This document shows positions 27,485 to 37,632 of a DNA stretch of 64,000 nt, in pieces. A model generated the notes under the pieces. The model was not told the DNA's origin. It ran no database searches and saw nothing but the letters and a program-made list of their open reading frames with translations. The stretch comes from Actinomycetes bacterium. GTDB lineage: Bacteria; Actinomycetota; Acidimicrobiia; Acidimicrobiales; JAJZXF01. Position 1 is the stretch's first letter. Each line of letters starts with the position of its first letter. Made by a program: the position numbers and the translations under genes. Location: contig JAJZXF010000003.1 of assembly GCA_021802485.1 (NCBI GenBank), positions 1,636 to 65,635 of the forward strand. Reading direction: 5' to 3'.

Positions 27485-30409
27485 TCAAAATTGAACGGTA
27501 TTGCTCGTTGCGCTCTTCCCGCCAGCAGACACGACAAGATATACCTTCACGCCAATCGCAGCGCAGCCGTCCTCGGGATGCCCAGTGGGCGGTGCCCAAC
27601 TGGCAGATCCGCTGGCGTTCGTAGAGTACCAAGCTGAAAAGCCCCCAGACCCTGGATTGACCCAAAACTGACTGGGATCGTAACAGGTGAATGTGATGGA
27701 CGAATTGGCTGGGAAGTGTGACACGACCACGTTGACCCAGTGGCATCCAGAACACCCCGGCATTGTTGAGCCATTGGAGTCGGTAGTGCTGTTGCCAACG
27801 CTGATAGTCACAGAGGGAGCAGGGGGGCATGCAGCCGTCGTCGCGCTAGCGCTCCCCGGAGCACTGGAATTGCCACCAGCATTCACAGCCACGACGGAGA
27901 GTGAGTGGCTCTGAGAACAGCTGAAGGTCTGTGTATATGAGTTGCCAACAACCGAACTCGCACCGCCTCCATCAACTGAGACGTTGTAGCTCGTGATCGA
28001 GCTTCCAGGATCGCTCGGAGTGGTCCATGTCCACGTGATCGAGTTGCCGTTTGCTGACGCAGCCACGACCGGAGTGCCCGGCGCTCCAAATGGTGTCGCT
28101 GGAGCAGCTGACGGCACCTGTGACGCGGGTGTGCACCCGAGCACATTGCAGGCTGCGACGCTCACTGTGTAGGCAGTGCCGTTCGTCAATCCTGACAGAC
28201 TCGCGGAGTAGCTCGATTGTCCTGTTGCCGCGGCGATCGTTGTGGTTGCGATAGTCGCCGGGCTGATCGAGACCTTGAAGCTAGTGACGTCGCTCCCCCC
28301 TGAACATGTTGGATCGCTTGGATTGCACGTCCATCCTACGCTGAGCTGCCCTGATCCGTTTGGCGTAGCGGTCAATCCTGTGACCGCGCCCGGTGGCTCC
28401 TGAGCGGTAACCGGATTCGACGCGTTTGACGGAAGGCTCGTCTTGTTGAGGTTGTTATCGGAGACAACGCTGAACGTATAGGTCTGGCCGAGCTGTATGC
28501 TTCCATTTTGAGAACTCACCTTGACCTGAGTCGAGGAGCCGGAGACCTTCACGTTCGCTGCCCCAGTAGCTCCAGTTCCCGACGTCGCGGCACCAGTATC
28601 GGTTATCAGCACTTCATAGGCCGTGATCCGATGCCCCTGACCATTAGCCGGATTCCAGCTGACGCTGATCGTGCCGTCATTATTAGACGACGCCGTCACC
28701 TGCGTGGGTGCGCTCGGCACTGCACTTGACGGTGTCGCATTGACCGCAGTAGACGCAGCGCTCGTGCCGACCGAGTTGGATGCAGCGACTGTAAATGCAT
28801 ACTTCGTGCCGTTGGTAAGCCCCTTCACGGTAAACGGGCTCGACCGCACCACCTTGGTCCCACTCGACCCATTGCCCGAAACGACTTTCCATACGACTGG
28901 ATAGCCGGTGATGGGGCTGCCACCGTTCGCAGAACCAGACCACGACAACGTGACGGCACGGTTACCAGCGAACGCAGTAACACTGGTCGGGGCAGTCGGG
29001 GCCTTTGGCGGCACGATCACGGTTGATGTCGGCGCTGGGGCAACACGCGTTGGAGCTGGGTTCGTGGGGTTCGCTGGAGTCGGAGCTGGCGGCGGGGGGG
29101 GTGGAGGTGGCAGTGTGATCCGCGGCGGGACGACGTTGGATATTGCAGCCGGATTGCCCTTATTGATCTCGTGGACGGCGCCTGTCGGGTTAACGACGAT
29201 TGCGTTGTTCCCGTCTGGCTGGTTCACCCATAGGTAGCCACCCTGCAGCGAGATGTGGATCGGGCCGTGTTTCCAGGGGAGGCCGATGGGAGCTGACGCC
29301 ACGTTCCCCTGGTCATCGAGGACTACGAGCTTGTGTCTGGTGAGATCGGGGACATAAACCCTCCCGTTGTAGACCTGCGGAGTGCCAAGGAGATCCTGGG
29401 GCCCGATTCCTGGAGGCTGGATCGGCGAGCTGACAGACGATACGGTCGCATTCCCCGACAGGTGAACGAGCACGACCTGGCCACTTCCCGACTCCGCTAC
29501 CGGAACAGTGCTGCCGGTCACAATCTTCGGGATTAGAACAGACTGAGCGGACTGCCTGGAAAGAGATGGGATGTGCGCAAGCGAACCGCGCGCGCCACCA
29601 GGTGCTGTGATGAACGTCCCGTTGTGGAGATCCAAAACAGCTGGCGAGTTGTCCACAAGCGAGATCGCAAGCTGCGCAGCGGCGGTCTTACGCGGCACTA
29701 CCCGGCCGCCCTTGCCAGTTCGAAGATGGCCCGAAGATACGGTTGCTGAGACCAATGACCCAGTCGCGGCGTCCACCACCCATAGTCGGCCCGTGGAACT
29801 CACGACGCCAGCAGTGAGAGTGCCATGGATATCGGTCCTCCCCAATACCCTCGTAGAGACAGGGTCAAGAGCCTCGATGGTACCCTCCTTGCGGTGGATG
29901 ATGAACACCGCGTTGGAGGCGTCTTCGACGTCGACGTTCCTTGATCGAGCGTTGCCCGCAACCCGGCGGTTGTCTTCAATCTTGAAAGCGCTCAGATTCA
30001 AGCTGCCAACGGTCCCTGCCGTCCGATCCCACAATACAGCGTTTTCCCCGGCCTGGAGGACCTCGAGGCGATGTCCCTTGGCCCCTTTGACAAGGAGCTC
30101 GAGATCAACCTTGCTAGTGGAGCCATTCGCCAGGAGAATTGCGCCGTTGCTGCTATTGCTCAACCAGCCATGTCCATCGAGGAGATTCAAAAGACTAGCG
30201 TGCTGGGCGGTCCCGAGAGCAGCAGCGAGCGTCGCTGCAAGCATGGCAACCACTACACCGAGCGCTATGAACGCATGTGAACCGCGCCTATCGGTCCGCC
30301 TTGCCAGGACTTCGGCAAGCGTGTTCCGCAACTGCACAAGTCTCCTCATCGAGTCGCGCTCACCATCGACACTCCCCATCGAGCCCCATCTCACGGACAC
30401 CACCGCCAC
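27485..30409 (-). CDS. Membrane-anchored surface protein with poly-Pro linker and multiple fibronectin type III-like domains
   Basis: 974-aa ORF with a single TM (FIALGVVVAMLAATLAAAL). An N-terminal region of about 400 aa is followed by PPPPPPPPAPTPANPTNP. At least 5 FN3-like units (e.g. PTSVTAFAGNRAVTLSWSGSANGGSPITGYPVVW) and a Cys-rich C-terminal domain follow. First gene of the MoxR/DUF58/TGase string. Confidence 0.8.
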   Translation of the reverse strand: MAVVSVRWGSMGSVDGERDSMRRLVQLRNTLAEVLARRTDRRGSHAFIALGVVVAMLAATLAAALGTAQHASLLNLLDGHGWLSNSSNGAILLANGSTSKVDLELLVKGAKGHRLEVLQAGENAVLWDRTAGTVGSLNLSAFKIEDNRRVAGNARSRNVDVEDASNAVFIIHRKEGTIEALDPVSTRVLGRTDIHGTLTAGVVSSTGRLWVVDAATGSLVSATVSSGHLRTGKGGRVVPRKTAAAQLAISLVDNSPAVLDLHNGTFITAPGGARGSLAHIPSLSRQSAQSVLIPKIVTGSTVPVAESGSGQVVLVHLSGNATVSSVSSPIQPPGIGPQDLLGTPQVYNGRVYVPDLTRHKLVVLDDQGNVASAPIGLPWKHGPIHISLQGGYLWVNQPDGNNAIVVNPTGAVHEINKGNPAAISNVVPPRITLPPPPPPPPAPTPANPTNPAPTRVAPAPTSTVIVPPKAPTAPTSVTAFAGNRAVTLSWSGSANGGSPITGYPVVWKVVSGNGSSGTKVVRSSPFTVKGLTNGTKYAFTVAASNSVGTSAASTAVNATPSSAVPSAPTQVTASSNNDGTISVSWNPANGQGHRITAYEVLITDTGAATSGTGATGAANVKVSGSSTQVKVSSQNGSIQLGQTYTFSVVSDNNLNKTSLPSNASNPVTAQEPPGAVTGLTATPNGSGQLSVGWTCNPSDPTCSGGSDVTSFKVSISPATIATTTIAAATGQSSYSASLSGLTNGTAYTVSVAACNVLGCTPASQVPSAAPATPFGAPGTPVVAASANGNSITWTWTTPSDPGSSITSYNVSVDGGGASSVVGNSYTQTFSCSQSHSLSVVAVNAGGNSSAPGSASATTAACPPAPSVTISVGNSTTDSNGSTMPGCSGCHWVNVVVSHFPANSSITFTCYDPSQFWVNPGSGGFSAWYSTNASGSASWAPPTGHPEDGCAAIGVKVYLVVSAGGKSATSNTVQF

Positions 30410-30577
30410 CCCTGAAGTACATGAATATGGCCCTATTTGCCGAAGTACTTTGCGGTGACGCGGGTAATGTTAGATGGCCTCGCATGTGTTAGTCAATTCC
30501 GGGTCTTGAACCCAGGCCGAGCATACGCAGCCCACTTCAGTCCACGAGTCCGCCTCTCCCCCCTCCGACCGAGGATG

Positions 30578-31048
30578 TCATCCCCGCTCGAGCGCCTGCA
30601 TGCGCTTGGTGGCAGCAAGGAGATCTGAGTTCGCTGTACTCAGCAGACCAAGTGCATGGGTAAAGGCCATCTTCCGAGCAGGCACGCCTGCATCGTGGTA
30701 ACAGTCGACAGCGACCGAGTAGTAATCGCTGTAAGCCTTGCTCAGATCAAGCGTTGCCGCATGATCCGGCGTCGGAAGCTCGGTGTTCGCTGCTTCAGCG
30801 TCGTTGCTCAGCACCAGGCAGGCCGTCTTCACCGCAGTTGGATCATTCCCGCCCGCGAGCTTCATGATACGTGCTGCATCCTGGAGGAGGACATTGCTCG
30901 AACGTGCCACGCCGGTCGCTCGAGTCCAAGCCCGCATCCTGTGGGATGGACTGCCGGTCATATCCGCCCCAGCAGCGCACCCGCTCAGAGCCAGTGCGAC
31001 CAAGCCTACGACGAGGAGCTTCGCGATCGATGCGCGAGCCGGGCTCAA
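30578..31048 (-). CDS. Putative lipoprotein
   Basis: 156-aa ORF. The TTG start overlaps the tyrS stop (TTGA). Lipobox: LVALALSGCAAG. Confidence 0.65.
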   Translation of the reverse strand: MSPARASIAKLLVVGLVALALSGCAAGADMTGSPSHRMRAWTRATGVARSSNVLLQDAARIMKLAGGNDPTAVKTACLVLSNDAEAANTELPTPDHAATLDLSKAYSDYYSVAVDCYHDAGVPARKMAFTHALGLLSTANSDLLAATKRMQALERG

Positions 31049-32334
31049 TCCACCCTCACCAGGCAGTACTCGCGCCTTCCTTTTCTCAGGACCAGATAGC
31101 GATCCTGGAGCAAATCCGAGAGCGTGACGATCCGATCGGGGTCCTTTTCACGCTGGTTGTTGAGGTATGCGCCACCCTGGAGAACTGTCCTGCGACCCTC
31201 GGAACGAGACCGAGCGAGTCCGGCAAGTACAAGCGCATCCACGAGGCCAAGCTCGCCCGCGAGAACCCGGTCACGATCGATCCTTGCCGATGGCGCGTCC
31301 GCAAAGACCTCCAGCAGAGTTGCCTCGTCCAGTTCCGCAAGTCCGCCCGAGAACAGTGCTGAGGATGCCCGCTCGGCCCCCTCGGCCTCAGCGCTCCCGT
31401 GCACCATCGCGCACACGCTGCGAGCAAGGACCCCCTGGGCCTCCCTTCGTTCCGGCCTCTGCTTAGTCGCAGCCTCCAACTCTTCGATCTCCTGATGAGA
31501 CAGCCATGTGAAGTAACGCAAGTACGCCCCGACAACGGAGTCCTCACTACGAAGAAAGAACTGGTACAGCTGGTAGGGGCTCGTGCGGCTCTTGTCCAGC
31601 CAAACCGTACCTTGCTCTGTCTTTCCAAACTTGGTGCCGTCCGACTTGAGCACTAACGGGGTGGTCATTCCCCAGACCTGCTCGCCACGCTGCCTGCGGA
31701 TCAGCTCGATACCCATCGTGATATTGCCCCACTGGTCGCTCGCTCCAATCTGAAGCCGGCAACCAAAGGCATCGAACAGGTGCAGGAAATCGTAGGCCTG
31801 GAGAAGCATGTAGCTGAATTCGGTAAATGAGATGCCGCGCTCTGGCCGTTCCAGCCGCTGGCGCACGGACTCCTTCGCTACCATCTGGTTCACGCTGAAA
31901 TGTTTGCCAACCTCTCGCAGGAGATCAATAGCGCCAAGCGAGCCGAGCCAGGAGGCGTTGTCCACAAGGAGCCCCCGGCTGCCTCTGTCGCTCTCAGAAT
32001 CGATGTCCAGCAAAGCTGCAAGCTGGCGGCTGACCGCAGCGACATTCGATGCAGCTTCTTCTCTCGTGACCAGAGCCCGTTCCTCTGCCTTCCCACCTGG
32101 ATCGCCTATCAGCCCGGTAGCTCCGCCGACGAGGACGACCGGGCGGTGGCCTGCCTCCCGCAAGCGGCGGATCATACATACCTGCAGCAGATGCCCAACA
32201 TGTAGGCTCGCAGCGGTTGGATCGAAGCCGACATATACGCAGATCTCTTCCTCATCAAGCGCACGGGCCAGGCTCGGGTCACTGATCTGATGAACCAGCC
32301 CGCGGAATTCCAAGTCCTCAAAGAGCGAAGTCAC
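31045..32334 (-). CDS. tyrS: Tyrosine--tRNA ligase
   Basis: 429-aa ORF with a HIGH-type motif (HVGHLL), a KMSKS-type motif (KFGKT) and a C-terminal S4-like domain. Confidence 0.95.
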   Translation of the reverse strand: MTSLFEDLEFRGLVHQISDPSLARALDEEEICVYVGFDPTAASLHVGHLLQVCMIRRLREAGHRPVVLVGGATGLIGDPGGKAEERALVTREEAASNVAAVSRQLAALLDIDSESDRGSRGLLVDNASWLGSLGAIDLLREVGKHFSVNQMVAKESVRQRLERPERGISFTEFSYMLLQAYDFLHLFDAFGCRLQIGASDQWGNITMGIELIRRQRGEQVWGMTTPLVLKSDGTKFGKTEQGTVWLDKSRTSPYQLYQFFLRSEDSVVGAYLRYFTWLSHQEIEELEAATKQRPERREAQGVLARSVCAMVHGSAEAEGAERASSALFSGGLAELDEATLLEVFADAPSARIDRDRVLAGELGLVDALVLAGLARSRSEGRRTVLQGGAYLNNQREKDPDRIVTLSDLLQDRYLVLRKGRREYCLVRVD

Positions 32335-32394
32335 CTGCTAAGACTGCCACGGTTCCATTCACAGAGCACGGCGACTCGCGAACATCGCGCCGAA

Positions 32395-34215
32395 CTAGAG
32401 CAGTTCGCCAACGCGCTTCGCGATCTCATCGTGGACTTCCACCTCCTGCTCGCGAGAAACTCGCACAATCACAACCGCTAGGCCGCGCCGCTCGTGAGCT
32501 GCAACTAGCTCATGGACAAGCTCGGCTGCACTCGACACCTCAATCACTGCTGCGCAAAAGGCTCTCGCGACATCGCCGACGTCGACGGCCGCCGGGGTAG
32601 CGAAGAACCTCTCGAAATCGTCATGTTCCAGCACCTTCGCCTGGGGTAGGAAAGAGAAAATCCCACCACCCGCATTGTCCACGATCACGAGCGTGGCCGC
32701 TATTCTCTCTGTGTCGACGCTCGCAAGCGCTGAGCAGTCATGAAGAAAAGCCAGGTCCCCGAGGAGCGCAACCACCGGGCGGTTCCCGCTGGATGACGCG
32801 CTCACACCAAGAGCGGTAGAGACCACGCCGTCTATGCCGTTGACTCCCCTGTTCGACAAGATTCTCGGTGGATCAGCGACCGGAGGCCCGAACCACTCGA
32901 CGTTGCGGATCGCCATGGACGATGACACAACGAGGTCGCACCCACCATCCATGGCTCGCACAAGGCGGCGAGCCACCGCGGGACCGCAAAGCTCGCCGCG
33001 TTCCACCAGGACCTGGTCCATCACGTCCTGAGCCACATCGTCCGCGTCCTTCCAGCCCGCCAGCCAGCTGTTTCCACCTGCTGTGCTCAGGCTGGAGTCA
33101 CTCCCGCAGGCACCCGCACCCATGCCCCTGCGAGTAGCTTCCCCGGCGACCGCTCTGCAAAAAGATCCAGGGTCGGCCCTTACGGCCCGGGTCGCAACCC
33201 TAGCTGGGTCAGCCCATCGCCACCACGGATCCACCAGGTACTGCTCCACCTGCCTGGATGCGAGATCGGCTATCCAGTCGTTCACGACCCTCGACGCCCA
33301 AGGTGCTCCAATACACACGATCACCTCCGGCTCATGCGAGTCGGCAAAGACCCTCACACGCAACAGAGCATCTGCAGCCGCGATCACGTTACGCGACGCA
33401 GTACGTGCACCTGACCGGGGATCCGCGAGCAGTGGCCATCCAAGAGCGTCGGCCATTGCAACGAGGTCGCCTGGGTCGCCAGCCCCAGAGCCAGCGATGA
33501 TCACCCCCCGCCTACCTGCAATTTCAGGGCGCAGTCCTGAGGGGGCTCGCTGCGAAGCAGGATTCGGAGCCAGCAGTTGTTCGATCACGTCAGCGCTAGG
33601 CGGCGTCGGGGAAGATGATGCAGCATGCCACGGCGCTCCCCCGCTGCGCCCCGAAGGTATGCTTGAGGGTTCGGACACGAGTGGGTCGCGAAACGCTAGG
33701 TTCAGATGGACCGGACCGGGTCCAAACGGGCCCACTGTCGCTTCCATGGCTGAGCGTGCTGCAAGCGACCTCCAGGCGCGGCTCACGCCCACGTCTGCGA
33801 CACCCGGCTCAGCGCTCCAGCGCACGGCCGCGCCGAAGAGCCCGGTCTGCTCGATCGTCTGGGGGGCGCCGACACCATGCAGTTCGGGCGGCCGGTCCGC
33901 GGTGCACACGATCAGGGGAACCCCTGAGTGGTGGGCTTCGAGCACGCTCGGGTGGAGCTCCGCAGCTGCGGTCCCGCTGGTGGTCAAGACGACTACTGGT
34001 CGAGCGCTCTCGAGGCCAATGCCAAGTGCAAAGAAGCCAGCTGAGCGCTCGTCAAGGCGCACGTGGGTAGTGATCGCGTCGTGATGTGCTAGTGCAAGCA
34101 CGAGAGGCGTCGATCGAGAACCGGGCGAGATCACTGCATCGCGGACACCAGCCCTTGCCCATTCATCCACAACGGCTGCTGCAAACGCTGCCTGTACACT
34201 CGTCTGTCGTGTCAT
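32395..34215 (-). CDS. menD: 2-succinyl-5-enolpyruvyl-6-hydroxy-3-cyclohexene-1-carboxylate synthase
   Basis: 606-aa ORF. N-terminus AAVVDEWARAGVRDAVISPGSRSTPL, ThDP motif LLGDLAFLHD, and men gene context. Confidence 0.9.
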   Translation of the reverse strand: MTRQTSVQAAFAAAVVDEWARAGVRDAVISPGSRSTPLVLALAHHDAITTHVRLDERSAGFFALGIGLESARPVVVLTTSGTAAAELHPSVLEAHHSGVPLIVCTADRPPELHGVGAPQTIEQTGLFGAAVRWSAEPGVADVGVSRAWRSLAARSAMEATVGPFGPGPVHLNLAFRDPLVSEPSSIPSGRSGGAPWHAASSSPTPPSADVIEQLLAPNPASQRAPSGLRPEIAGRRGVIIAGSGAGDPGDLVAMADALGWPLLADPRSGARTASRNVIAAADALLRVRVFADSHEPEVIVCIGAPWASRVVNDWIADLASRQVEQYLVDPWWRWADPARVATRAVRADPGSFCRAVAGEATRRGMGAGACGSDSSLSTAGGNSWLAGWKDADDVAQDVMDQVLVERGELCGPAVARRLVRAMDGGCDLVVSSSMAIRNVEWFGPPVADPPRILSNRGVNGIDGVVSTALGVSASSSGNRPVVALLGDLAFLHDCSALASVDTERIAATLVIVDNAGGGIFSFLPQAKVLEHDDFERFFATPAAVDVGDVARAFCAAVIEVSSAAELVHELVAAHERRGLAVVIVRVSREQEVEVHDEIAKRVGELL

Positions 34216-34268
34216 CTCTCGTCGTATCTCAACACGGAATCGGCTGCCAAGCTGACCCCGGTGGAAGG

Positions 34269-35078
34269 TTGCATGCCACGACCCTAGGGCACGGATCCCG
34301 GCTGGTGCTCGTCCATGGCTTCACCCAGACCGGCCGATCCTGGGACCAGGTTGCGAGTAAGCTCAGCTCACAGCATGAGATCGTCCTCGTCGACCTGCCA
34401 GGCCACGGCGGCTCCTCCGCGGTACGAGCCGATCTCGTCACCGGCGCGGCTCTGATAGCACAAGCGGGCGGGAAGGCCGCGTATGCAGGGTACTCGCTCG
34501 GAGGGCGCCACTGCCTGCACCTTGCACTTTTGTACCCGGACCTCGTCGAACGCCTCGTCTTGATATCCGCGTCGCCGGGAATCGCCGAAAACGCCGAACG
34601 AGCGGCACGCAGGGCAACCGATGACGCTCTGGCCGCCAGCCTCGATGTCGGCGATTTGCAGGAAGGCGCTCGATGCCAGCGAGAAACCAGCAACGTGGAG
34701 CACGGTAGATGCCCGAAGCTCGAAGCTTTCCTTCGCACCTGGCTCGATCAGCCATTGTTCTCCAAGCTCGACCACACAACCTCCGGCTTCGAAACCCGCC
34801 TCGCGGAGAATTCATGTGCCGGCCTAGCGTCAAGCCTCAGGCTCGCGGGAGCCGGCGTCCAGGAGTCACTCTGGAAGCGCCTCGGGGAGCTGGACATGCC
34901 GGTACTGGCCATTGCTGGCAGCGAGGATCGCAAGTACGCCAGCATAGCGAGGCGCATGGTTCGCGAGATCGGTACCAACGCTCAGGTCGCGATCGTCGAA
35001 CGAGCAGGCCACGCAGCCCATCTCGAGAGGCCCGATGCCCTCGCCTCGATCTTGGATTCGTTCATGAACAACCGGTGA
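34269..35078 (+). CDS. menH: Alpha/beta hydrolase, probable SHCHC synthase
   Basis: Inside ORF 34086..35078, whose 5-prime part is antisense to menD. The TTG at 34269 is preceded by GGTGGAAGG. Motifs: LVLVHGFTQTGRSW and the nucleophile elbow GYSLGG. The function call rests on the divergent menD context. Confidence 0.65.
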   Translation: MHATTLGHGSRLVLVHGFTQTGRSWDQVASKLSSQHEIVLVDLPGHGGSSAVRADLVTGAALIAQAGGKAAYAGYSLGGRHCLHLALLYPDLVERLVLISASPGIAENAERAARRATDDALAASLDVGDLQEGARCQRETSNVEHGRCPKLEAFLRTWLDQPLFSKLDHTTSGFETRLAENSCAGLASSLRLAGAGVQESLWKRLGELDMPVLAIAGSEDRKYASIARRMVREIGTNAQVAIVERAGHAAHLERPDALASILDSFMNNR

Positions 35079-36148
35079 GCGCTTGTCCGCCTGGCCTCTT
35101 AACTTGGGATTACGGCTCCGACCAGTCTTCAGGCCGCCCTCTTGAACGCAGGATAGCGGGTTCGCAGTGGCCTTCTGGTCCCTTTCGGTCGTCCGGGATC
35201 GGGTGTGATGGTTGCTTGGTGGGAGGGCCGGCGTGCCAAGTGCTGCACGCAGTTGCCGAAACCCCCGCCCGGCCCGGTGACCAGCGGCGGCTCCGAACTC
35301 TCCGATCTGCGCTCAGCCGCGGCGGTCGAGTGCCACTCACCCTGCCGCACGACAATCGGAAATCTGCCCAGCGCCGACTGACGCCAATGTGTCCAGGACA
35401 CCGGACATGGTGATCAAGTTCATGTGATGCCAGAGGCGTCCTTGGCCGAATAGTGCAGCACGGGATTCGTCCCGGATAGGTGATCTCCGCATCAGTGAGC
35501 TTCTCACAAAGAGCTGTCACGATTATCCATCTGATCGGACTAATCACAGCATGTCGGGGTTGATGACCTGGCAGTGTCGCAACATCTCGCGGCCGAGGTG
35601 CCCATTGTCCGGTCGGATGGATAACCGAAAGAGCTGCAATCGCCTGAGTGCGCCGAGGTGCGGAGAGTGGGTCGATGCAGATGTGGAGCGCACTACCGGT
35701 CATCTCAACCACGCGTGTTCCCCAAAGAAGCGCGCACGCTTCGCACCGCAGTTGTCACGGGCGCGGCTCGGTCGCCAATCAGTCCATTGTGCTGCTGGTG
35801 CTGGGTCAGTTGAGTTGATTCCCATACATTTCGTTGATCGCATCTGAAATCGAAAGCCCTGGGCCTTCTGGAGATTTAACCCTGTTCAGGGCCGAATGTC
35901 AGCGGCGAGCCAGGCTGCTATGTCAGGTGTCCTGGAGTCACAGAACGTGCGACCTATCGGCGAGGCAGAATCAAGTTCAGAAGGCCGAATCCCGGCTACG
36001 TTGTGGTGCCCCATGACGCCTTCACAGGAAGCGGAGCAGAGGTGCGGATCACCGAATCGGTGCGCCGAGCCTTTTCCGCACGGCCGCGGACCCGACCGCC
36101 TACAGATTGTCTAGTCCTGCGTGGTCGAAGCGGCAGATGAACCATTGT

Positions 36149-36427
36149 TCAGCGAGGCCGGTAGACGGCAGACCGATGCTGGATGTCGAGGACGATCACA
36201 ACGCGCTTGTCCTCGTTGATCTCGTACAGGATGCGCCACTCACGTCCAAGCCGGGCGCTGTAGATGCCGGTCAGCGTGTCATGAAGTGCTTTGCCCACCC
36301 TGCGCGGGTTGTCGAGGAGTGGCCCGGTGACGAACTCAGACGCCGCTACCGCAACGTCAGGGGGCAACCGATTGGCCAACGCACGACGAGCCGGTGGCGC
36401 GGTTCCCAGCTCGTAGCGTTGGCTCAC
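36149..36427 (-). CDS. Type II toxin, RelE/ParE family
   Basis: 92-aa ORF. The GTG start overlaps the antitoxin stop (GTGA). C-terminus WRILYEINEDKRVVIVLDIQHRSAVYR is typical of RelE/ParE. Confidence 0.85.
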   Translation of the reverse strand: MSQRYELGTAPPARRALANRLPPDVAVAASEFVTGPLLDNPRRVGKALHDTLTGIYSARLGREWRILYEINEDKRVVIVLDIQHRSAVYRPR

Positions 36428-36681
36428 GAAGCCTGGCGTCCTCGCACCAGGCTTCGTACAGCGTCCGCCCCGTAGACGATGTCGCCGTCGGCGGCCGCCT
36501 GACGGGCTTCGGCCAAGGATCGCAGCGCCTCGGGGTCGGCCACCACATCGGCGGTCTCGCGCAGCGCCAGGAACGTCTCGATGGCCAGTACCACGGTCTG
36601 ATGGACGCTGCGGCGGTCCTCCTCAGCAGCGGCACGCAGCTCGGCGTCGAGGTCCGGGTCGAGACGCAGGGTCATAGCCAT
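36424..36681 (-). CDS. Type II antitoxin with ribbon-helix-helix N-terminus
   Basis: Start ATG at 36681 (MAMTLRLDPDLDAELRAAAEEDRRSVHQTVVLAIETFL is an RHH pattern). The C-terminal part DPEALRSLAEARQAAADGDIVYGADAVRSL resembles RelB-type toxin-binding tails. Confidence 0.8.
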   Translation of the reverse strand: MAMTLRLDPDLDAELRAAAEEDRRSVHQTVVLAIETFLALRETADVVADPEALRSLAEARQAAADGDIVYGADAVRSLVRGRQAS

Positions 36682-36691
36682 ACCGTTATGA

Positions 36692-36714
36692 TACCATTTG
36701 ATACTTATATGGTA
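36692..36714 (-). promoter_or_regulatory. Candidate operator/promoter of the RelE-type TA pair
   Basis: Inverted repeat TACCAT-N11-ATGGTA in an AT-rich patch immediately upstream of the antitoxin ATG. TATCAT lies 6 nt before the ATG on the minus strand, compatible with a leaderless transcript. Confidence 0.35.
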
Positions 36715-37050
36715 CAGGCGCAGCGTTGCCGCCAACCGTTCCCGCTACTTTGGGGCTGGGGTCACGTTCCGTGGCACTGGGCTGACACCGCATCATTAGT
36801 TTGCAAGCTTGGTAGCCGCCAAAGCGTATCAATCTCGTCGCGAGGACTCGTGTCATACGTACGGCCACCACCAACGGGAGCACCAAACCGGGGGTTCCCT
36901 TCGAAAGGGCGCCACGGAGACATACAGCGTCAAGGCGGTCCGAGCCGCCGCTATCGCTCCGGTTCTCCCGAGCGGACTACCCGCTTTCCCGTGACCCCGT
37001 GCTTTCCTCCGTGGGGATTGGCGCTCAGGAACCGAGAAGGAAGACCCCTG

Positions 37051-37632
37051 TCATTGCGGCTGTGCATTCGCCGCATGAAAGGCATGGCGCTGCGACTTGA
37101 TCCAACCTTCTAACTCTGGTCCGCCAGTGACGAGGCGAACTTCAAGAACACACGTGATTCGTTGAAACATCGTGTTCACGTCGAAACCGACATCCACCTG
37201 TGGCTTTATCGCGAGATGGCGTAGTTCCCAGGATCGGGCAGACACACTCTCGGCTTGAATCAACAACCACCCCGGATTCATGGCGGGGAACACGAGTACG
37301 GCCAGGACGCCGGTCTGCCCCGGATTCAAAATGCCATCCAAGTCGCGTTGCGTGAGAACAATCCTTGATTTATCCGTCGTTTTGACTTCCACGGAAATGG
37401 TATGGCTCTCACCGTCTATCCTCGGAGACGTAGCAGTGAAGTCCGGGACGCCGATTGCATTCTCGATGACGTGGAAGCCCGCTGCTTCAAAACTGCATGC
37501 GAGCACTTGCTGCATCACTCGCCCAAATTCTTGTGGACTCAACATCTTGTAGAGCGAATCCAACTGGTAGATCGTTCGGTTGATCCGACTCCGATCCTCC
37601 TGTGGCTCATCCATCTTCGGCAACGACCGCAC
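37051..37632 (-). CDS. Mrr-like PD-(D/E)xK nuclease-fold protein
   Basis: 193-aa ORF. An alternative ATG at 37614 gives an ATGGATGA overlap with the ATPase stop. Pattern: SPQEFGRVMQQVLACSFEAAGFHV ... GVPDF ... ISVEVKT ... TGVLAVLVF. That is D ... E-x-K in the order and spacing of restriction-endonuclease-fold enzymes. Confidence 0.65.
   Translation of the reverse strand: MRSLPKMDEPQEDRSRINRTIYQLDSLYKMLSPQEFGRVMQQVLACSFEAAGFHVIENAIGVPDFTATSPRIDGESHTISVEVKTTDKSRIVLTQRDLDGILNPGQTGVLAVLVFPAMNPGWLLIQAESVSARSWELRHLAIKPQVDVGFDVNTMFQRITCVLEVRLVTGGPELEGWIKSQRHAFHAANAQPQ

Noticed and set aside
35110-35712. 200-aa minus-strand ORF between menH and the RelE gene
   Set aside because: Its composition is dominated by R, P, C, H and W, it has no RBS and no recognisable domain. 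It is treated as non-coding or eroded sequence (see the finding on 35079-36148).
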